Shown in pieces: positions 9,159 through 18,149 of a DNA stretch of 64,000 nucleotides. The notes under the pieces were generated by a model that ran no database searches, was not told the DNA's origin, and worked only from the letters and a program-made list of their open reading frames with translations. Origin of the DNA: Clostridiales bacterium (GTDB taxonomy: Bacteria; Bacillota; Clostridia; Oscillospirales; Oscillospiraceae); assembly GCA_004558025.1 (NCBI GenBank), contig SFEG01000008.1, forward strand, positions 13,909 to 77,908. The letters run 5' to 3'. The translations under genes and the position numbers were made by a program. The stretch's first letter is position 1; every line of letters begins with the position of its first letter.

Positions 9159-9368
9159 ATGGATTTCAAAAGCATGACGGTTAAGGACTTCTTTGAGGTC
9201 AACGGAGGAAGAGAGCTGTGCGAGCAGTACGCTCCCAACCTGCTGAAGTATCCCCTCAAGCTGTTTTATAAAAAGACCTGCGGCGAGATATTCGATCTCG
9301 TCACAAGCAAGGGACTTGTCCCGGCCGACAAGGCAGCGGCAATAGAAGCCGCGATAAAGGCGAAATAA
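9159..9368 (+). CDS. Small hypothetical protein (paralogue B)
   Basis: 69-aa ORF with AAGGAGG upstream. Shares the pattern KDFxE..G.EL...a.P...K.P.KLxYK with paralogue A. Confidence 0.6.
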   Translation: MDFKSMTVKDFFEVNGGRELCEQYAPNLLKYPLKLFYKKTCGEIFDLVTSKGLVPADKAAAIEAAIKAK

Positions 9369-9402
9369 TAAAAATGTCCGTTCTAATGAACGGACATTTT
9401 TA
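9369..9402. terminator. Bidirectional terminator
   Basis: atgtccgttc-taat-gaacggacat flanked by an A-run and a T-run. Serves the convergent genes on both sides. Confidence 0.8.
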
Positions 9403-9411
9403 TTCTCAATA

Positions 9412-9819
9412 TTACATGCCGTAGTCCCAGTCGACTGCCTTCTTGGAATCGATGAGGCTCTGGTATACGCCGAGGTGAGCAACTGCTGCCAGCAGGTTGC
9501 CCTTGAGCTTGAACTTGCCCTTTACGAGAGGAGTCTTGGAGTCCCACTCGCCGGTGATGACCTTTGCAAAGTTCTCGTAGGGTCCGATAACGGTGAAGCT
9601 TGCATCGGGAGCAGTATCCTCGCCGAAGCCGCACTTATGATCGACACAGACATTGTCCTGAACGTCAACATAGAACCAGAAGGTGCTTCCATCGGTGTTG
9701 TCGGTCCATATCTCGGTGTAAGTGAAAGTGTTGAGCTTGCCGGGTTTCTTCTCGGAGAACTTGGGCAGAACGTCTGCGCACAGTTTCTCGAACCATTCCT
9801 GGTTAACAGCTTTTGCCAT
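9412..9819 (-). CDS. SCP2 sterol-binding domain protein
   Basis: C-terminal KGKFKLKGNLLAAVAHLG resembles the SCP2 fold signature. The start was set to MAKAVNQ with AGGAGG upstream. The track ORF extends to 9858. Confidence 0.6.
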   Translation of the reverse strand: MAKAVNQEWFEKLCADVLPKFSEKKPGKLNTFTYTEIWTDNTDGSTFWFYVDVQDNVCVDHKCGFGEDTAPDASFTVIGPYENFAKVITGEWDSKTPLVKGKFKLKGNLLAAVAHLGVYQSLIDSKKAVDWDYGM

Positions 9820-10054
9820 GATTATTCCTCCTAAAATATTGTGCGTTGCTTTACGCACACCTAAAAAGCTTTTATATTATAACTGCGAAAAACGCGAAAA
9901 TCAAGGCAATAAAAGGCAAAAACGGATGTTTGACCAATAAAGTCTAAAATACTTACATTATTAAAAAAATGTTTAGAAAACGATGCGATAATGCAGCAAC
10001 ACGAGGCAATAATGCTCTATATCTGATAAGCAATTGTGTAATGTCAATAGTAAT

Positions 10055-10092
10055 AAAAATAAGCCGGTGGTCAGTTCCACCGGCTTATTTTG
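10055..10092 (-). terminator. Terminator at the end of the pheST-ireB gene string
   Basis: aataagccggtgg-tcagtt-ccaccggcttatt with flanking A/T runs. Confidence 0.8.
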
Positions 10093-10101
10093 GCTGAAAC
10101 A

Positions 10102-10347
10102 TCATTCACCGCCGAGGTAATTCGTCAGCAGCTCATGCATGAGTTCATCTCTGTCGATCCTGCATATAAGGCTTCGCGCGTTGTTGTAATTTGTGATGTA
10201 CGTCGGATCCTCGGAAAGAATGTATCCGACAAGCTGGTTAATAGGATCATAGCCTTTAACCTTAAGCGAATTGTATACGGACGACAGTATTTCACGCATT
10301 TCGGTCTTGCTGTCGACGATAGCGAATTTTCTTGTGATGTCTTCCAT
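10102..10347 (-). CDS. IreB family regulatory phosphoprotein (UPF0297)
   Basis: MEDITRKF...[33 protein letters not shown] matches the conserved UPF0297/IreB pattern. GAGGAG lies 8 nt upstream of ATG 10347. Confidence 0.85.
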   Translation of the reverse strand: MEDITRKFAIVDSKTEMREILSSVYNSLKVKGYDPINQLVGYILSEDPTYITNYNNARSLICRIDRDELMHELLTNYLGGE

Positions 10348-10382
10348 AATTATCACTCCTCGGTCAAAAATATCTTGCTGCT

Positions 10383-10411
10383 ATTATAACCAGTTTATTC
10401 TCAATTGTAAA
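10383..10411 (-). promoter_or_regulatory. Sigma-A type promoter for the IreB-family gene
   Basis: On the minus strand: TTTACA, 17 nt, TATAAT. Confidence 0.45.
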
Positions 10412-10458
10412 GCAAATATGCGGAAAACCTTGCAAACAAAGCTCGAAATTTGAACTTC

Positions 10459-13161
10459 TTAACGCATTGCCGCGCCGAAATCACGCTCAAGCGCCTCCAA
10501 AACAGCCTTCATGGTCTCCTCGGCGTGCTCGTCGGTTAGAGTCTGATCGTCGGCTCTGAGCGTCAGTGAGAAGGCGACGGACTTCATGCCGTCGGCAATG
10601 TGCGAGCCGGTGTAGATATCAAACAGTGCACAGCCCTTAAGATACTGGCCGCCGGCCTTTTTGATGCAGTCGATGAGCTTTGCAACGGGGATAGATTTAT
10701 CGCAAACGACGGCGATGTCGCGCGTGACGGCGGGGAACTTGGGCAGCGGCGTGTAAACTGGATCGGGACCGCAGCTGTCCAGAAGCTTTTCGAGCGAAAG
10801 CTCGGCGCAGTAGAGCTCCGCGTCAACGCCGTAGTTTGCGGCGACCAAGGGATGTATCTGACCGAACACGCCGATGCACTCATTGCCTGCCCAAACGGTC
10901 GCGCAGCGGCCGGGGTGGTAGGAGGGATTATCGGTGCAGGCCTCGAAGCGTACATTCTCCGCGCGAAGGTCTTTTATAATAGCCTCGATAAGACCCTTGA
11001 CGGAGAAGAAATTGACCTTCGCACCGTAGGTGCCGAGGGTGAGATACTTCTTCTCGATGGCAAGTCCGTCCTTGCCGCCGAGGTGATAGGTTCTGCCGAG
11101 CTCGTAGAGCTTAACCTCCTTGTTGCGGAAGTTGTAGTTGCGGGTGAGTATTTCGAGCATGGACGGCAGAGTGGTCGTGCGCATGATGGAGGTGTCCTCG
11201 CCCAGAGGGTTGAGGATCTTGAAGCTTGCGCGCTCCGGGGAGTCTGCCGGCATGCGGATCTTGTCGTAATAGGTGGGGGATATGAAAGAGTAGGTGATTA
11301 TCTCGTCATAGCCTGCCGCGCGGCACAGAGAGCCCAGGCGCTGCTCAAGGAGCTGTTCGTCCGAGTAGCCGCCGAGGGTGCTCTCGCCGGAGACCAGCGT
11401 GCAGGGGATGTTGTTATAGCCGTAGAAGCGCGCGACTTCTTCCGCGAGGTCAGAGTAGTGGCCGACGTCGCCTCTCCACGATGGAACGCTTATCGTCTCG
11501 CCGTCAACGCCGAACTGCAGACTGCGCAGAATGCCCTTCATCGTCTCGACGGGAACATCGGTGCCTAAAAGCGCGTTTATCTTATCCGGGCGCAGTGCGA
11601 GCACCGTCTGCTTGGGAACGGAGTTTACTATATCGATAACGCCGTCGACGACCTCACCGGCGCCGAGCAGCTCGACAAGCTCGCAGGCTCTGTCAACTGC
11701 CGGAAGAGTATTCATCGGGTCAAGACCCTTTTCAAACTTTGCCGAAGCCTCGGTGCGCATGCCCAGGGACAGTGCGCCCTTGCGGATGCAGGTGCCGTCA
11801 AAGTTTGCAGACTCAAATACAACGTCAACGGTGTCATCAACGATCTCGCTGTTCTCGCCGCCCATGATGCCGGCAAGGCCGACAGCGCGTGTGTCGTCGG
11901 CGATGACGAGAATATTGGGATTGAGCTTTCTGACATTGCCGTCGAGCGTTGTGAGCTCTTCGCCCTCATTTGCACGGCGCACGATTATCCTGCCGCCCTT
12001 GACGTAGCGATAGTCGAAGGCGTGCATCGGCTGGCCGTACTCCATCATGACGTAGTTTGTGATATCGACGATGTTGTTTATAGGCCTTACGCCCATTGCG
12101 CGCAGTCTCTCGCGCATCCACTTCGGGGAGGGTGCGATCTTTACGTTGCGCACCATGCGTGCGGTGTATCTCGGACAGAGATCGGCTGCCGGAGTTTCGA
12201 CCGACAGAAGCTCGGTGAGAACGCCGTCTGCGCCGCCTTTTACGACGGGGGTGTGAGTCTTGAGCTCCTTGCCGAAGGTAGCCGCCGCCTCGCGTGCAAG
12301 GCCGATGACCGACAGACAGTCGGGGCGGTTGGGAGTTATCTCAAACTCGATGACGTGATCGTCGGCGCCGATGATGGGCTTAATGTCGTCGCCGGGCTTT
12401 ACGCCGTCCTCGTGCAGGACGAATATGCCGTCGGGTATGCAGTGGGGGAACTCGGACTGCTGAGCGTGCAGATCGTCGAGAGTACAGATGCTCTCAGACT
12501 TCGTATTGTAAGCGACCATATCGCCGGCATGGATGTTCTGGCAGCCGGTCGTGACCGTGACGGCCGCGTCGCCGGTACTCAGCTCGCACTTCCACAGGTT
12601 AACGCCCGCGTTTTCAACGGCGGTGACAGAGGCTGCGATAACCGGCCCGAAGACCTTGTCGCCCGCCGCAATGTCGGTCGGGATAGAGGGTTTATCCTTA
12701 TCAAGAGGATGATAGTCATTTAAAAGCGCAGCGGCGGTGATAACGCCGTAGGGGAAGTCGCGCTCGTCGAGGTCGAGCTCCTTGAGTGAGCACAGCATAC
12801 CGTTTGACAGCACGCCTCTGAGCTTGCCCTTGGTTATTTTCTTTCCGCCGGGCAGCAGTGAATTGTGCAGCGCGGCGGGGATGATATCGCCTTCGTGGAT
12901 GTTCCACGCGCCGGTGACTATCTGAACGGGCTCTTCCTGACCGACGTCGATCCGGCAGACCCACATATGGTCAGAATCCGGGTGCTTTTCCATGGAGAGG
13001 ATCTTGCCGACGAGAACGTTTTTGATCTCCGCGCCGAGGTCCTCATAGGTCTCGACCTTAGAGCCGGAAAGTGTCATAGCCTCGGAAAACTCGCGGTCGT
13101 CAATATCGCTGACGGAAACGCCGTCAACAAACTCGGTGAGCCATTTTCTGCTTAAATTCAT
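10459..13161 (-). CDS. pheT: Phenylalanine--tRNA ligase beta subunit, with an extra OB-type tRNA-binding domain
   Basis: tRNA-binding domain, TPNRPDCLS motif, and B3/4, B5 and C-terminal FDX-ACB-like regions. At 900 aa it looks long for a PheT. Confidence 0.93.
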   Translation of the reverse strand: MNLSRKWLTEFVDGVSVSDIDDREFSEAMTLSGSKVETYEDLGAEIKNVLVGKILSMEKHPDSDHMWVCRIDVGQEEPVQIVTGAWNIHEGDIIPAALHNSLLPGGKKITKGKLRGVLSNGMLCSLKELDLDERDFPYGVITAAALLNDYHPLDKDKPSIPTDIAAGDKVFGPVIAASVTAVENAGVNLWKCELSTGDAAVTVTTGCQNIHAGDMVAYNTKSESICTLDDLHAQQSEFPHCIPDGIFVLHEDGVKPGDDIKPIIGADDHVIEFEITPNRPDCLSVIGLAREAAATFGKELKTHTPVVKGGADGVLTELLSVETPAADLCPRYTARMVRNVKIAPSPKWMRERLRAMGVRPINNIVDITNYVMMEYGQPMHAFDYRYVKGGRIIVRRANEGEELTTLDGNVRKLNPNILVIADDTRAVGLAGIMGGENSEIVDDTVDVVFESANFDGTCIRKGALSLGMRTEASAKFEKGLDPMNTLPAVDRACELVELLGAGEVVDGVIDIVNSVPKQTVLALRPDKINALLGTDVPVETMKGILRSLQFGVDGETISVPSWRGDVGHYSDLAEEVARFYGYNNIPCTLVSGESTLGGYSDEQLLEQRLGSLCRAAGYDEIITYSFISPTYYDKIRMPADSPERASFKILNPLGEDTSIMRTTTLPSMLEILTRNYNFRNKEVKLYELGRTYHLGGKDGLAIEKKYLTLGTYGAKVNFFSVKGLIEAIIKDLRAENVRFEACTDNPSYHPGRCATVWAGNECIGVFGQIHPLVAANYGVDAELYCAELSLEKLLDSCGPDPVYTPLPKFPAVTRDIAVVCDKSIPVAKLIDCIKKAGGQYLKGCALFDIYTGSHIADGMKSVAFSLTLRADDQTLTDEHAEETMKAVLEALERDFGAAMR

Positions 13162-13176
13162 ATCATTTTCCTCCCA

Positions 13177-14202
13177 TCAGAACTGTTCCAGGAAGCGGAC
13201 GTCGTTTTCGAATATAAGACGCAGGTCGGAGATCTTGAATCTGCGCATGGCAAGGCGCTCAAGACCCATGCCGAATGCCCAACCTGTGTACTCCTCACTG
13301 TCGATGCCGCTCATCTCGAGTACCTTCGGGTGGATCATGCCTGCGCCGAGGACCTCTATCCAGCCCTCGCCCTTACAGGTGGGGCAGCCCTTGCCGCCGC
13401 ACTTGTGGCACTGAACGTCCATCTCGCAGCTGGGCTCGGTGAAAGGGAAGTGGTGCGGTCTGAATCTCGTGACGGTGCCCTCGCCGAAGAGCTCCTGCAT
13501 TACAAGGTTCAGCGTGCCCTTGAGGTCTGCCATGGTGACGTTTTTGTCTATGACCATGCCCTCGATCTGATGGAACATCGGCGAATGCGTCGCGTCTACC
13601 TCGTCCTTACGATATACTCTGCCGGGAGCGATAATGCGGATAGGCAGCTTCATGGTCTCCATCGCACGGACCTGCATGGGGCTGGTCTGCGAGCGGAGCA
13701 TGACGCGGCTGTCGGTGTCAAAATAAAAGGTATCCGACCAGTCGCGGGAGGGGTGCCCCTCCTCGGCGTTGAGCTTATCGAAGTTATATGTCGCAAGCTC
13801 GACCTCGGGACCGTCGAGAACGGTAAAGCCCATGCCGACGAAAATGTCCTTTATCTCGTCAAGCGCCTTGTACATCGGGTGCTTATGGCCAAGGCGGATA
13901 TCCTCGCCGGGAACGGTAACATCGACCGTTTCGAGCTCAAGCCTGGTCTCCAGAGCGGCGGCCTCGAGCTTTTTGCGTGTCTCGTCAATGGCGCTTTCAA
14001 GCTCTGCGCGGATCTGGTTTGCAAGCTGACCCATGACGGGGCGCTCCTCGGCCGAGAGCTTGCCCATCTGCTTGAGTATTGCGGTGAGTTCACCCTTTTT
14101 GCCGAGATATTTAACTCTCAGAGCTTCAAGATTTTCGGGACTGTCAGCGTTGAGAATTGCCTTGACGGCGCTTTCTCTGAGCTGATTGATCAATGCTTTC
14201 AT
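13177..14202 (-). CDS. pheS: Phenylalanine--tRNA ligase alpha subunit
   Basis: Class II aaRS motifs (FRPHHFPFTEPS, GWAFGMGLERL). The start was set to MKALINQ with AAGGAGAG upstream. Confidence 0.93.
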   Translation of the reverse strand: MKALINQLRESAVKAILNADSPENLEALRVKYLGKKGELTAILKQMGKLSAEERPVMGQLANQIRAELESAIDETRKKLEAAALETRLELETVDVTVPGEDIRLGHKHPMYKALDEIKDIFVGMGFTVLDGPEVELATYNFDKLNAEEGHPSRDWSDTFYFDTDSRVMLRSQTSPMQVRAMETMKLPIRIIAPGRVYRKDEVDATHSPMFHQIEGMVIDKNVTMADLKGTLNLVMQELFGEGTVTRFRPHHFPFTEPSCEMDVQCHKCGGKGCPTCKGEGWIEVLGAGMIHPKVLEMSGIDSEEYTGWAFGMGLERLAMRRFKISDLRLIFENDVRFLEQF

Positions 14203-14227
14203 TGTGTCTCTCCTTATCTTCAGATCA

Positions 14228-14465
14228 AAAATAAACAAAAAAATAGCCTTACGTCCTCACCGGGACGAAAGACCTGTCTTCCGCGGTACCACCCTTATTC
14301 GATGTTTATCGCACTCAAATGGCTTTAACGGAGCCGCCGCCGGGGATTAGCCGGAGCTCACGGGCGAACTGAATATCCGCATCACGGGCGGCTTGCAGCC
14401 GATGACCGCCGTTCTCTGAGTGATGCCGCGATATTATCTTCCCGATCGAAGCAATATCTTTATTA
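14228..14465 (-). promoter_or_regulatory. T-box leader (Phe) controlling pheST
   Basis: The reverse complement of 14281-14294 is GGGTGGTACCGCGG (T-box sequence). A terminator hairpin cgtcc/ggacg and T-run follow. An AGAGA box lies upstream, as do two UUC triplets (atattcagttcg) as candidate Phe specifiers. Confidence 0.8.
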
Positions 14466-14572
14466 CTATAGTATTAAAGCCCACATTTTAATAAAAGTCA
14501 AGAGCAAATTTGAATAATGTTCGGCCGAAAAGGTTAATAGAATAGAATAAGTAACACTTTCGGAGGTCTAAT

Positions 14573-15115
14573 ATGAAAAGAGTATTGCCGTTTATCCTGT
14601 GCCTTATCCTGCTGTGCGGCTGTGCCGACGACGGGAAAGGACAGTTTGCAGAATTCGTGAAGATCGTTTCGACGGCGGAGAATATATCGTTTTCGGCGCA
14701 TGTCGCGGCGCAGTATGACGAAAAAACCGCCGAGTTTACCCTCGCGTATGAGCAGACAAAAGACGGCGCATCCATATCGGTCGTTGAGCCCGAGCTTTTA
14801 TCCGGCATAAAGGCAAACCTCTCGGGCGAAAGCCTGAGCCTCGAGTACGACGGAGCGATGCTCGATATCGGAACGCTCGACGATGCCGAGCTCAGTCCCA
14901 TGTCGGCTCTGCCGCTTATCGTCCGTGCGATGCGCGAAGGGCACTTGGAGATAAGCTGGATCGAGGCTGATATGCTGGCCGCGCGCGTCATACCGGCGGA
15001 CGACTACGTCGTAACGCTGTGGATAGACTCAAACCTCACTCCGTGCAGCGCCGAGATAAGCTATAAGGAAAACACCGTCGTGAGCGTTGAGATATCCGAC
15101 TGGGTCGTTTCGTGA
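14573..15115 (+). CDS. Putative lipoprotein, function unknown
   Basis: Signal peptide with lipobox LLCGC. Confidence 0.7.
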   Translation: MKRVLPFILCLILLCGCADDGKGQFAEFVKIVSTAENISFSAHVAAQYDEKTAEFTLAYEQTKDGASISVVEPELLSGIKANLSGESLSLEYDGAMLDIGTLDDAELSPMSALPLIVRAMREGHLEISWIEADMLAARVIPADDYVVTLWIDSNLTPCSAEISYKENTVVSVEISDWVVS

Positions 15116-15210
15116 GCGCCCCGGTATAAAATTCACACCATAGTGGGAGAATATAGTCAGCACCCTACATAAGATGTAGCGGGCGACTATTATTCGGAGT
15201 GTGAATTAAA

Positions 15211-15555
15211 TTGAGTATAGTCAAACGTGGAGATATTTTTTACGCTGACCTCAGTCCCGTCGTGGGCTCGGAGCAGGGCGGCATGCGCCCCGTGCTCATT
15301 GTCCAGAACGACACCGGCAATAAGCACAGCCCTACTGTTATTGCCGCAGCCATAACAAGTCAGACCGGCAAGGCCAGGCTTCCGACCCATATAGAGCTAA
15401 ACGCCCAGAGCGTGGGGCTGACGCGCGACAGCGTGATACTTCTCGAGCAGATACGCACAATCGATAAGTCTCGCCTGCGCGAGCGCATGGGAAAGCTCGA
15501 CGATAACACCATGACGAAAGTCGATAACGCCATTGCCGTGAGTTTTGGCTTGTAA
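15211..15555 (+). CDS. mazF: Type II toxin MazF/EndoA (PemK family) endoribonuclease
   Basis: [32 protein letters not shown]...LPTHIEL...[17 protein letters not shown] is close to my recollection of Bacillus EndoA. TTG start with GGAG 11 nt upstream. Confidence 0.9.
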   Translation: MSIVKRGDIFYADLSPVVGSEQGGMRPVLIVQNDTGNKHSPTVIAAAITSQTGKARLPTHIELNAQSVGLTRDSVILLEQIRTIDKSRLRERMGKLDDNTMTKVDNAIAVSFGL

Positions 15556-15615
15556 TAATACTTCTGCGCTCCCCGGGCAGCTGCTCGGGGAGCGGGCTTT
15601 AAGGAGGACAGGGAC

Positions 15616-16047
15616 ATGCAGAGCCTGCCTGTTTACATAGACGGAAAAAACTGCGGAACGCTTGACATACGTCAAGACGGGCTCGTAAGCGTTTTCACGG
15701 CGCGGTGCGGCATAAAGCCGGTGAAGCCTGTGCGCTTATATCTCTACGGCGGCGGAAAAAGCGCGCTTTTGGGAACAATGCGGCCGGACGGCTCGGGGAT
15801 GAGCATAGTTCGCCGCTTTTCCCGCGCAGAGCTCAGAAAACTGCCGGAGAATATCGAATACGCCGCCGACAGACCGATGAGGGAAAGCGGCGGGAGCGAC
15901 ACTTTGTGGCGACGCGGCAAAATGGGCTGCCTTATTTCGGACGGGCTCATTGCGATACCGGCAGACGAAGCTCGTCTCGGCTGCGTTTCGGATAGGCTGC
16001 GGCGCATAGAGGGGAGAGCGTATTTGATATTTGAAAGAAAAAAGTGA
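15616..16047 (+). CDS. Hypothetical basic protein
   Basis: 143-aa ORF with AAGGAGGA upstream and GC-rich third codon positions. I recognise no motif. Confidence 0.55.
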   Translation: MQSLPVYIDGKNCGTLDIRQDGLVSVFTARCGIKPVKPVRLYLYGGGKSALLGTMRPDGSGMSIVRRFSRAELRKLPENIEYAADRPMRESGGSDTLWRRGKMGCLISDGLIAIPADEARLGCVSDRLRRIEGRAYLIFERKK

Positions 16048-16118
16048 TATCTGTGGAAATTTTTCGCCGCTTGTGCTAAGATACAGCCATAGTAAACAAA
16101 ACAATGGAGGTATCGGCT

Positions 16119-17423
16119 ATGCTGATGACTGATGTTATCGTAAAAAAGCGCGAGGGCGAAAAGCTCAGCGCCGAGGAGATAAAGTTCGTCGTGGACGGCT
16201 ACACGGGAGGCGAGATACCCGACTATCAGATGTCGGCGCTCCTGATGGCTATCCTGCTGCGCGGCATGGACAGGGAGGAAACGCTTCAGCTTACCATGGC
16301 GATGCGCGATTCGGGCGAAACGCTTGACTTAAGCGCCATAAAGGGCGTCAAGGCCGATAAGCACTCGACCGGCGGAGTCGGCGACAAGACCTCGCTCATA
16401 CTCTGCCCCATGGTAGCCGCGCAGGGCGTGAAGATCGCAAAGATGTCCGGCCGCGGCCTCGGCCATACGGGCGGCACGATAGACAAGCTTGAAAGCTTCC
16501 CCGGCTTCAACACGGGTATTTCCGAGGAAAAGTTCATTGAAAATGTCAATAAATTCGGCATCGCCATCGCGGGGCAGACGGCCGATCTCGACCCGGCGGA
16601 TAAAAAAATGTACGCTCTGCGCGATGTTACCGGCACCGTGCCGAGCATACCGCTCATCGTAAGCTCCATCATGAGCAAGAAGCTTGCCGCGGGCGCGGAC
16701 GTCATAGTCCTAGACGTAAAATCCGGCAGCGGCTCGTTTATGAAAACCGCGGAGGATGCGCGCGAGCTTGCGGAAAACCTTACGGCTGTCGGCAAGCTTG
16801 CCGGAAAAAAGACCGTAGCTGTCATAACGGATATGGACGAGCCTTTGGGCAACGCCATAGGCAACGCGCTCGAGGTCAAGGAGGCCATCGAGGTGCTGCG
16901 CGGCGAAAAGCAGGGCGAGCTGCTCGAGCTTTGCCTTACGCTGGGCGCATGCATACTCACCGAGGCCGGCATTGCCGAAAATGACGATGCCGCGCGCAAG
17001 ATGCTCGAAAAGGGCATTGAGGACGGATCGGCGCTCGAAAAGCTTGCGGAGCTCGTCGAAGGTCAGGAGGGCGACAGACGCGCCGTGTTCGATACCTCGC
17101 TCCTGCCGCAGGCACCGGTTCAATTTGAAGCAGTGTGCGACCGCACGGGCTATGTAAAGCACATCTGTGCAGATGAGGTAGGCCTTGTGTCGATGCATCT
17201 CGGCGGCGGAAGAGCCACCAAGGAGAGCGTAATTGACCTCTCCGTCGGCCTTATCCTTAAAAAGAAGGTAGGCGACAGGGTGGAGGCCGGAGAGAGCCTC
17301 GGCACGATCCACGCGCAGAGTCTCGAGGAGGCAAAGAAGGCTGCCGAAATGCTGAACTCCTGCTACACCGTCGTTCCCGATCCGGTCGAAAAACCGGCCT
17401 TTATAAAGGGAATAGTAAGATAA
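16119..17423 (+). CDS. pdp: Pyrimidine-nucleoside phosphorylase
   Basis: KHSTGGVGDKTSL and SGRGLGHTGGTIDKLE motifs. The start was set to ATG 16119 (GGAGG 8 nt upstream). Confidence 0.92.
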   Translation: MLMTDVIVKKREGEKLSAEEIKFVVDGYTGGEIPDYQMSALLMAILLRGMDREETLQLTMAMRDSGETLDLSAIKGVKADKHSTGGVGDKTSLILCPMVAAQGVKIAKMSGRGLGHTGGTIDKLESFPGFNTGISEEKFIENVNKFGIAIAGQTADLDPADKKMYALRDVTGTVPSIPLIVSSIMSKKLAAGADVIVLDVKSGSGSFMKTAEDARELAENLTAVGKLAGKKTVAVITDMDEPLGNAIGNALEVKEAIEVLRGEKQGELLELCLTLGACILTEAGIAENDDAARKMLEKGIEDGSALEKLAELVEGQEGDRRAVFDTSLLPQAPVQFEAVCDRTGYVKHICADEVGLVSMHLGGGRATKESVIDLSVGLILKKKVGDRVEAGESLGTIHAQSLEEAKKAAEMLNSCYTVVPDPVEKPAFIKGIVR

Positions 17424-17435
17424 ACAAAATAAATA

Positions 17436-17461
17436 AAAGGACAGTCGGTCGACTGTCCTTT
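17436..17461. repeat. 26-nt hairpin repeat, copy 1 (pdp terminator)
   Basis: aaaggacagtcggtcgactgtccttt, identical to 17761-17786. Confidence 0.85.
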
Positions 17462-17760
17462 CAGTATGTCGAAAAACTATGCTGCTGAGGAAAAACGAAG
17501 GCGCAGCAGGGGAGCGCGAGGGGTAGCGAAGCGGCGGCGCGGGAGTGAATGACATGCCGGGGGCATGTCAGAGCCGCGCCGTGACCGAGCCGCAGCGAGA
17601 AAAAGGCCCCGCTCGTGATTAGATTAATAGCCATCAAAAAAGTCTGATCCATCAGACTTTTTGACGAGCGCAGCGAGATTTTTCGTGAAAATTTATTTTC
17701 ACAAAAAATGTGGCGTTTTTTGAAGCGTGCAAAAAAGTCCCGGACTTTTTTGACACGCTG
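17462..17760. repeat. Composite palindromic intergenic element (MITE/REP-like)
   Basis: No credible ORF. Imperfect terminal inverted repeats cagtatgtcgaaaaa / tttttgacacgctg. Internal nested hairpins, and units of the form GCGTG(T)CAAAAAA-hairpin-TTTTTTGACACGC. Confidence 0.5.
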
Positions 17761-17786
17761 AAAGGACAGTCGGTCGACTGTCCTTT
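17761..17786. repeat. 26-nt hairpin repeat, copy 2 (terminator of the minus-strand gene at 17787)
   Basis: Identical to 17436-17461. Confidence 0.85.
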
Positions 17787-18098
17787 TTAACTTGCAATCG
17801 CAATTAATACCGAGGCTAAAACTATCAGAAGCGAAAAGCCTATCTCGCCGGCCCAGACAATACGAAGCTGATCTTCGGATATGACCATGCCGTAGCTTTT
17901 GGGCTTTTCCTGCGGCGCGGGAGCGGGCTCGTCTGCTTGCTCCTCCGTTTCCTCGAGCTCGTCGAGAATGTCCTCGGCGGCTTCATCGTCGGGAACAGGA
18001 GCATCTTCGTCGACTATCGGTTCGGCTTTATTCTCATCGCGGCGGAGCTTCGGGATGTTCACCTTCGGTATTTTGATTTCGGGTATCTTGAATTTCAT
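17787..18098 (-). CDS. Tail-anchored acidic hypothetical protein
   Basis: N-terminal KIPEIKIPKVNIPK repeats, an acidic middle region and a single C-terminal TM helix. Confidence 0.55.
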   Translation of the reverse strand: MKFKIPEIKIPKVNIPKLRRDENKAEPIVDEDAPVPDDEAAEDILDELEETEEQADEPAPAPQEKPKSYGMVISEDQLRIVWAGEIGFSLLIVLASVLIAIAS

Positions 18099-18107
18099 AG
18101 CGTTACC

Positions 18108-18140
18108 TGAAAAACGGCGGGCGTTAAAGCCCGCCGTTCG
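18108..18140 (-). terminator. Rho-independent terminator after the EF-G paralogue
   Basis: aacggcgggc-gttaaa-gcccgccgtt with a T-run on the minus strand. Confidence 0.8.
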
Positions 18141-18149
18141 GATTTTATA

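Noticed and set aside
15116-15210. Search for a MazE/EndoAI antitoxin ORF upstream of mazF
   Set aside because: The gap is only 95 nt and has no start/RBS-supported frame. The upstream gene is a lipoprotein with a signal peptide.
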